Shown here in pieces: positions 59,812 through 64,000 of a stretch of DNA of 64,000 nucleotides; positions within the stretch are counted from its first letter, which is position 1; each line of letters opens with the position of its first letter. The stretch comes from Candidatus Altimarinota bacterium (GTDB lineage: Bacteria > Patescibacteriota > Gracilibacteria > JBDHUY01). The stretch covers positions 1 to 64,000 of the forward strand of contig JBDHUY010000003.1 of assembly GCA_039809385.1 (NCBI GenBank), read 5' to 3'. The translations under genes were made by a program, and so were the position numbers. The notes under the pieces are model-generated. The model ran no database searches. It worked only from the letters and a program-made list of their open reading frames with translations, and was not told the DNA's origin.

Positions 59812-60792
59812 ATGCTAATTCCTATTCATTCTTTCATTTCCGATTTACGTTTGGAACAAGATCTTTTGCGTGGAATAAAAGTTAGAAGAATTGAACAAAA
59901 ACATCGTTATACCGAAAAAGGAGCTCAAAAATTTTATGAAAGCTATATATCTAATCCTAACACTGAATCGTACTTTGGATCTAGTTTGGCATGGAATGAT
60001 TATTTGAATTTCTTTAAGAGATATATTACCTATGCTGATAAGTTGCAAAAGCTTGCATTTGTATTGTTGGGATGCGGGAAAGTATTGGAGAGAGATTTAA
60101 TAAAGACGCTACATGATGAAGGTCATAATTTGCATTTCATTGGCGTCGACTCATCACATGCCATGCTTGAGTTGGCAAATGAAAATCTGAAGGATTACGA
60201 TTTTGATAAAATGCTTATATGTGCTGATTTCACCGAAGACAATTTTACAACTGAAATTAATCGTGTAATTGGCAGTTTTGATAAGAGATTATTTGCTTTT
60301 CTAGGTGGTACTTTTAGTGTTTTCATTCCTACTGATATTGTTGACACACTGGCTAATATTGTTACAGATAATGATATGTTATGGGTAGAGGTACTACTTC
60401 GTGAAGATATGACTGAAAGAAATAATTTAATGCTATTTAAACATTTTGCTAAACGACTGGAAAGAAGTACAAGAATTCGTAATGATGCATATCCCATCGA
60501 AAAAATGGGAATTCCATTTGAGAACGGAGAAATGACGTTGGAAACTATTAAAGAGCCTGCTGTTGGAGCGATCAATTTTAAGTATGTGTTTCTTATGAAG
60601 AAAAAAACAAGAATACATTTTCGTAATGAGATGATTACCTTACTGCCGGATGAAAAAATTGAGCTTCTAAATATTCGAGCCTATGATTCCGAGAAGCTCG
60701 TTAACTTTTTTGAAGAGCACGGGTTTAAATTTATTAGCTCGGAAAGAAAAAAGAATCGCGGTCAATTCTTATTTCAATTAAAAGAAAAATAG
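59812..60792 (+). CDS. EgtD-like SAM-dependent methyltransferase
   Basis: KHRYTEKGAQKF, LGCG, DSSHAML, CADF, FLGGTF, NDMLWV match the Methyltransf_33 layout. Confidence 0.75.
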   Translation: MLIPIHSFISDLRLEQDLLRGIKVRRIEQKHRYTEKGAQKFYESYISNPNTESYFGSSLAWNDYLNFFKRYITYADKLQKLAFVLLGCGKVLERDLIKTLHDEGHNLHFIGVDSSHAMLELANENLKDYDFDKMLICADFTEDNFTTEINRVIGSFDKRLFAFLGGTFSVFIPTDIVDTLANIVTDNDMLWVEVLLREDMTERNNLMLFKHFAKRLERSTRIRNDAYPIEKMGIPFENGEMTLETIKEPAVGAINFKYVFLMKKKTRIHFRNEMITLLPDEKIELLNIRAYDSEKLVNFFEEHGFKFISSERKKNRGQFLFQLKEK

Positions 60793-60840
60793 TAGTATTG
60801 AATTTGTGATTAAACTTTTAAAGACTCTAAGAACTTTTCG

Positions 60841-62691
60841 ATGAACTCTTCTACGTTGCAGCAAAACTATCCTGAAATATATCGGAAGCTTTTTTCGAAG
60901 TGTCCGATAGTTTTATCCGTTCCTCTGACTTTCTATTGGACTGAGCATCCTTCACACTATAGCGGTGTCATGCTACGTCAAAAGATTCCTTTGAGAGTGT
61001 TCTTAGGAGTTGAGTTTACAGATCAAAGCGGGATTCACTTTTCTAGCCTTACTTTCTTTTCAGTTCTCAAAAATACCTTCTTAGAAGAAAGTTTAAAAGA
61101 TTTTTTCCCAAACGTTCCAGAACTTACCACATTTTTGGAAAAACAGCTTCGCGAATGTCTTTTAGAAAAAGCTAGAGGACTTAAATTCCACGTTTTTGTT
61201 GAAGATACTGTCTATGGTTATCCAAATGGTATACGTTCCAGTATCTGTGCTTTGCTAGCGAGTATAATTCGTTTATTGTCCGATAATCTAAGCGTAGAGC
61301 AAATCCAACGTTGGCGCGATATCTCGGTTAAATCGTTGCTTCACGATAGAAAGTATGGTTTTCATGAGACCTTCCAATTAGCTCGTACCATTAATCTGAT
61401 TGATTCGTACAGTCATTCTTGGACAACAGTTTGTTTCTCGGCCATGGTACCAACAGCCTATCCAATAATTTCTTTTCCCGCTCAAACTATACGAACTCTC
61501 GATTATCTGCATCACAAAAAGTCAAAATTTGATACACTTCATGAAATCCCATTTTGGGGATATGACTTACGCGATATATACCCCGATCTAATAAGCATGA
61601 TTGATAATCCGCTCGTATGGCCGATTGATCTGGCTGTAATATATTCGGGTAAGAGCATTCTTAAGGGGTATGGTAAATTAAAAACCGCATCTACTGACTT
61701 TACAATAAAGAACGTACAACAATTTATCAAAAATAACTTTGCCAATGATATTGAGGCTCTTACCGTACCCCCAGATTTTTATCAGAAATTTTATATTGAT
61801 CAACCTACAGTAGACCATTTCACCACAGATCTTTTTAGTGTTATATCAATCCGTCTCATCCAACAGCTCTATAAACTTTTATCGGAAGGGTATAATGATG
61901 ATGTAGTAGATGATTTTATTAATTTAATCCATTCTCGTCACGCTGCACTTGTAGGCGCTGATCCTATGTCTAACTACATGCGGCGTCTATTTTACAGTTT
62001 CAACTCTGCTCTTTTTCAAGGCAATCCTTCAGCCAATTTTGCGCTTTTTGCCATGTACGATGTCGCACTTGGGGGAAATATTGGTTTTGTTAGTCCTATT
62101 GGTACACACCGAGATATACTGGAATCTGCGGTAAAAGAATTACAACAACAATATCCCGACGTTTCCATAGAATATATGAGCTGGCGCGATGGATATTGTT
62201 CCGACGGAGTCATCGTTGAACAATACTTAGACCAATCCATAATCTCCCACCACCTGGGGAAAGATCTCGTGAAAGTCGTACAATATACAAAACGTGGACA
62301 CCGCGACGAACTTGTTTCAGCGCAGGATATACGCAGATTTCATGAAACTTCGGATGTGATTCTGGATTTGATCGAAAAAGATATGACGATTGGCAATCAG
62401 ACCATTTCCAGCAAAGAGATCCATTCGCGGACAGCTACCATCCAACTCCTTACGACGCTTCTGCAAAGTCCCAACGGACAAATCCAGAACCAGGACTTAC
62501 CCCGCTCCGCCTATTCTCTCAGTAAAAACGAAATGCAGGGAAAAATTACCGGTCCGTTGTCTCGTCTGGTGAGCAAAAGGACCGGAAAAAAACTTGAAAT
62601 CGTTCTAAAAGGAACGAACACTGAATTCAGTATCGCTCTCAAATTCCCCGAGGACTTCAACCTTACGACCATTCAGAAACTTTTCAATTAA
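60841..62691 (+). CDS. Degenerate GHMP-kinase-like/wHTH protein, paralog B
   Basis: Colinear with paralog A (WPID, NFALFAMYDV, SWRDG, VEQYL, SKNEMQGKI, GTNTEFS). Confidence 0.6.
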   Translation: MNSSTLQQNYPEIYRKLFSKCPIVLSVPLTFYWTEHPSHYSGVMLRQKIPLRVFLGVEFTDQSGIHFSSLTFFSVLKNTFLEESLKDFFPNVPELTTFLEKQLRECLLEKARGLKFHVFVEDTVYGYPNGIRSSICALLASIIRLLSDNLSVEQIQRWRDISVKSLLHDRKYGFHETFQLARTINLIDSYSHSWTTVCFSAMVPTAYPIISFPAQTIRTLDYLHHKKSKFDTLHEIPFWGYDLRDIYPDLISMIDNPLVWPIDLAVIYSGKSILKGYGKLKTASTDFTIKNVQQFIKNNFANDIEALTVPPDFYQKFYIDQPTVDHFTTDLFSVISIRLIQQLYKLLSEGYNDDVVDDFINLIHSRHAALVGADPMSNYMRRLFYSFNSALFQGNPSANFALFAMYDVALGGNIGFVSPIGTHRDILESAVKELQQQYPDVSIEYMSWRDGYCSDGVIVEQYLDQSIISHHLGKDLVKVVQYTKRGHRDELVSAQDIRRFHETSDVILDLIEKDMTIGNQTISSKEIHSRTATIQLLTTLLQSPNGQIQNQDLPRSAYSLSKNEMQGKITGPLSRLVSKRTGKKLEIVLKGTNTEFSIALKFPEDFNLTTIQKLFN

Positions 62692-62708
62692 TCCTTCTCC
62701 ACGCTCCC

Positions 62709-63197
62709 ATGCTCCTCGACGTCCGTACCATTCTGGTACTATTCCATCCCGACAATAAACAGATTCTTTTGCTCAAACGCAGCCCGCACAAGAAACTTTT
62801 TCCCAACCTCGTCACCGGCATTGGCGGAAAAGTCGAACTCGAGCAAGGGGAGGGGGAGGATATACAACAAGCCGCATTGCGGGAACTGGAAGAAGAAACC
62901 CGTATTCGTTCCCAGGATCTCGTAGAAATGCGTTTGCGCCTATCCACCCTTTTGACGCGGCAAGACCAGCAAGTACTACTATTCTGGTTTACTGCATACC
63001 TTCGCGACATCCCGATTGATCTTTACTGCAATGAAGGCACGCTGGATTTTTATGACATCGAACAACTCCCGCTGACCTACATGGTGCCGACCGCCCGGGC
63101 TGCGATCCCGTTTCTGCTAACCCTCTCGCCTGACGATCCGACCGTCTACAATGGCATCTTTGATCCCGAGACCATGCGCTTGAGTACTAACCGTTAG
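62709..63197 (+). CDS. NUDIX hydrolase (MutT/MutX-like)
   Basis: GIGGKVE...AALRELEEET, CNEGTL. Confidence 0.88.
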   Translation: MLLDVRTILVLFHPDNKQILLLKRSPHKKLFPNLVTGIGGKVELEQGEGEDIQQAALRELEEETRIRSQDLVEMRLRLSTLLTRQDQQVLLFWFTAYLRDIPIDLYCNEGTLDFYDIEQLPLTYMVPTARAAIPFLLTLSPDDPTVYNGIFDPETMRLSTNR

Positions 63198-63285
63198 ATG
63201 TATCTTTATCGTCGTGAAGATTTTCATAAAAACAACCCACCAAAAATACGATGGGACCTTTCGAATACTTCTTCATCGAAAAGAC

Positions 63286-64000
63286 TTACGATAAAAACAT
63301 CCCGTACCAGCGAATAACCTCGTTTCCCAACACCATGGCCAACAGCATCCCAATCGCCAAAAACGGCCCGAACGGCACCTGCGAATTCATTTTCTTTTTT
63401 GCGCCCGCCAGCAATCCGATACTGATAATCGCCCCGATCGGATACGCGAACACGAAAATCGCCACAATCGTCTTGGCCAATCCCAGCACCAATCCCATAA
63501 AAATCCCGATAAATACATCGCCCATCCCCATCCAGGTTTCGTGCGAAATCCATACTTGCAGTCCGAAAAAAGCGCCTCCCAGGGCAGCGCCGGCCAATGC
63601 ATCCGGAATCGCCACTCCGGGAAGTTGTAAAACCGAAACCAGGATCGCTACGACCGCGGCTACCCCAATACCGAGGAAAATAAGGATATCGGGTATTTCC
63701 AGATAGTAGAGATCGTACACAGAGATCGCCACCAGCAGAAAAACATAAAAAAGCCAAAGCGGTAGCATCCAGAGCGAAAGATTATTCCACAAAAATCCGA
63801 AGGCGGTTACTCCGAATACCGCTCCCGTTAGGCTTTCCACCGCCGGATACTTCCACGAAATAGCATGCGCGCAAAAACGACATTTCCCGCGCAATAGCAA
63901 AAAACTCACGATCGGGATCAGATCATACGGCTTAATCGTTTTTTTACAATGCGGACAAAACGACCGGCCGGTCAGTATCCCTTTTTCGCCTCCATGTAAA
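63286..64000 (-). CDS. pilD: Prepilin peptidase (5' end outside window)
   Basis: RSFCPHC..DLIP.VS..LRGKCRFC, YD..IPD, MGMGD, VPFGPFL. Confidence 0.95.
   Translation of the reverse strand, partial: LHGGEKGILTGRSFCPHCKKTIKPYDLIPIVSFLLLRGKCRFCAHAISWKYPAVESLTGAVFGVTAFGFLWNNLSLWMLPLWLFYVFLLVAISVYDLYYLEIPDILIFLGIGVAAVVAILVSVLQLPGVAIPDALAGAALGGAFFGLQVWISHETWMGMGDVFIGIFMGLVLGLAKTIVAIFVFAYPIGAIISIGLLAGAKKKMNSQVPFGPFLAIGMLLAMVLGNEVIRWYGMFLS

Noticed and set aside
1-64000. Genetic code 25 (TGA=Gly) as in Gracilibacteria sensu stricto
   Set aside because: Long conserved genes are intact under code 11 and several end at TGA

Overview
Chromosomal segment of a small-genome bacterium, most likely Patescibacteria/CPR (Peregrinibacteria/Abawacabacteria-like). 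This is inferred from SLH proteins, scattered type IV pilus genes, class II RNR, tRNA-Arg(GCG), mostly SD-less starts and standard genetic code. Housekeeping: murI, nrdJ, metG, proS, mutY, cobO, manC, msrB, rplJ-rplL with L10 leader, three tRNAs, three NUDIX genes and T4P genes (pilV/W/X-like, pilN/O/C, fimT-like, pilD). Mobile or repeat DNA: one IS630, a MITE and REP-like palindromes. Best leads: (1) an AT-rich four-gene cassette (56993-62691) in which two paralogous degenerate GHMP-kinase-like/winged-helix proteins bracket a SpoT-type HD hydrolase and an EgtD-like methyltransferase; (2) a four-helix-bundle (IVP/Avd-like) gene flanked by five plus five inverted 7-nt repeats, with orphan arms and empty heptad hairpins in many spacers; (3) tandem NrdR boxes ahead of an unknown gene upstream of nrdJ; (4) a Met-rich fasciclin lipoprotein facing a lipoprotein MsrB. 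All family calls are by-eye motif recognition; no searches were run.
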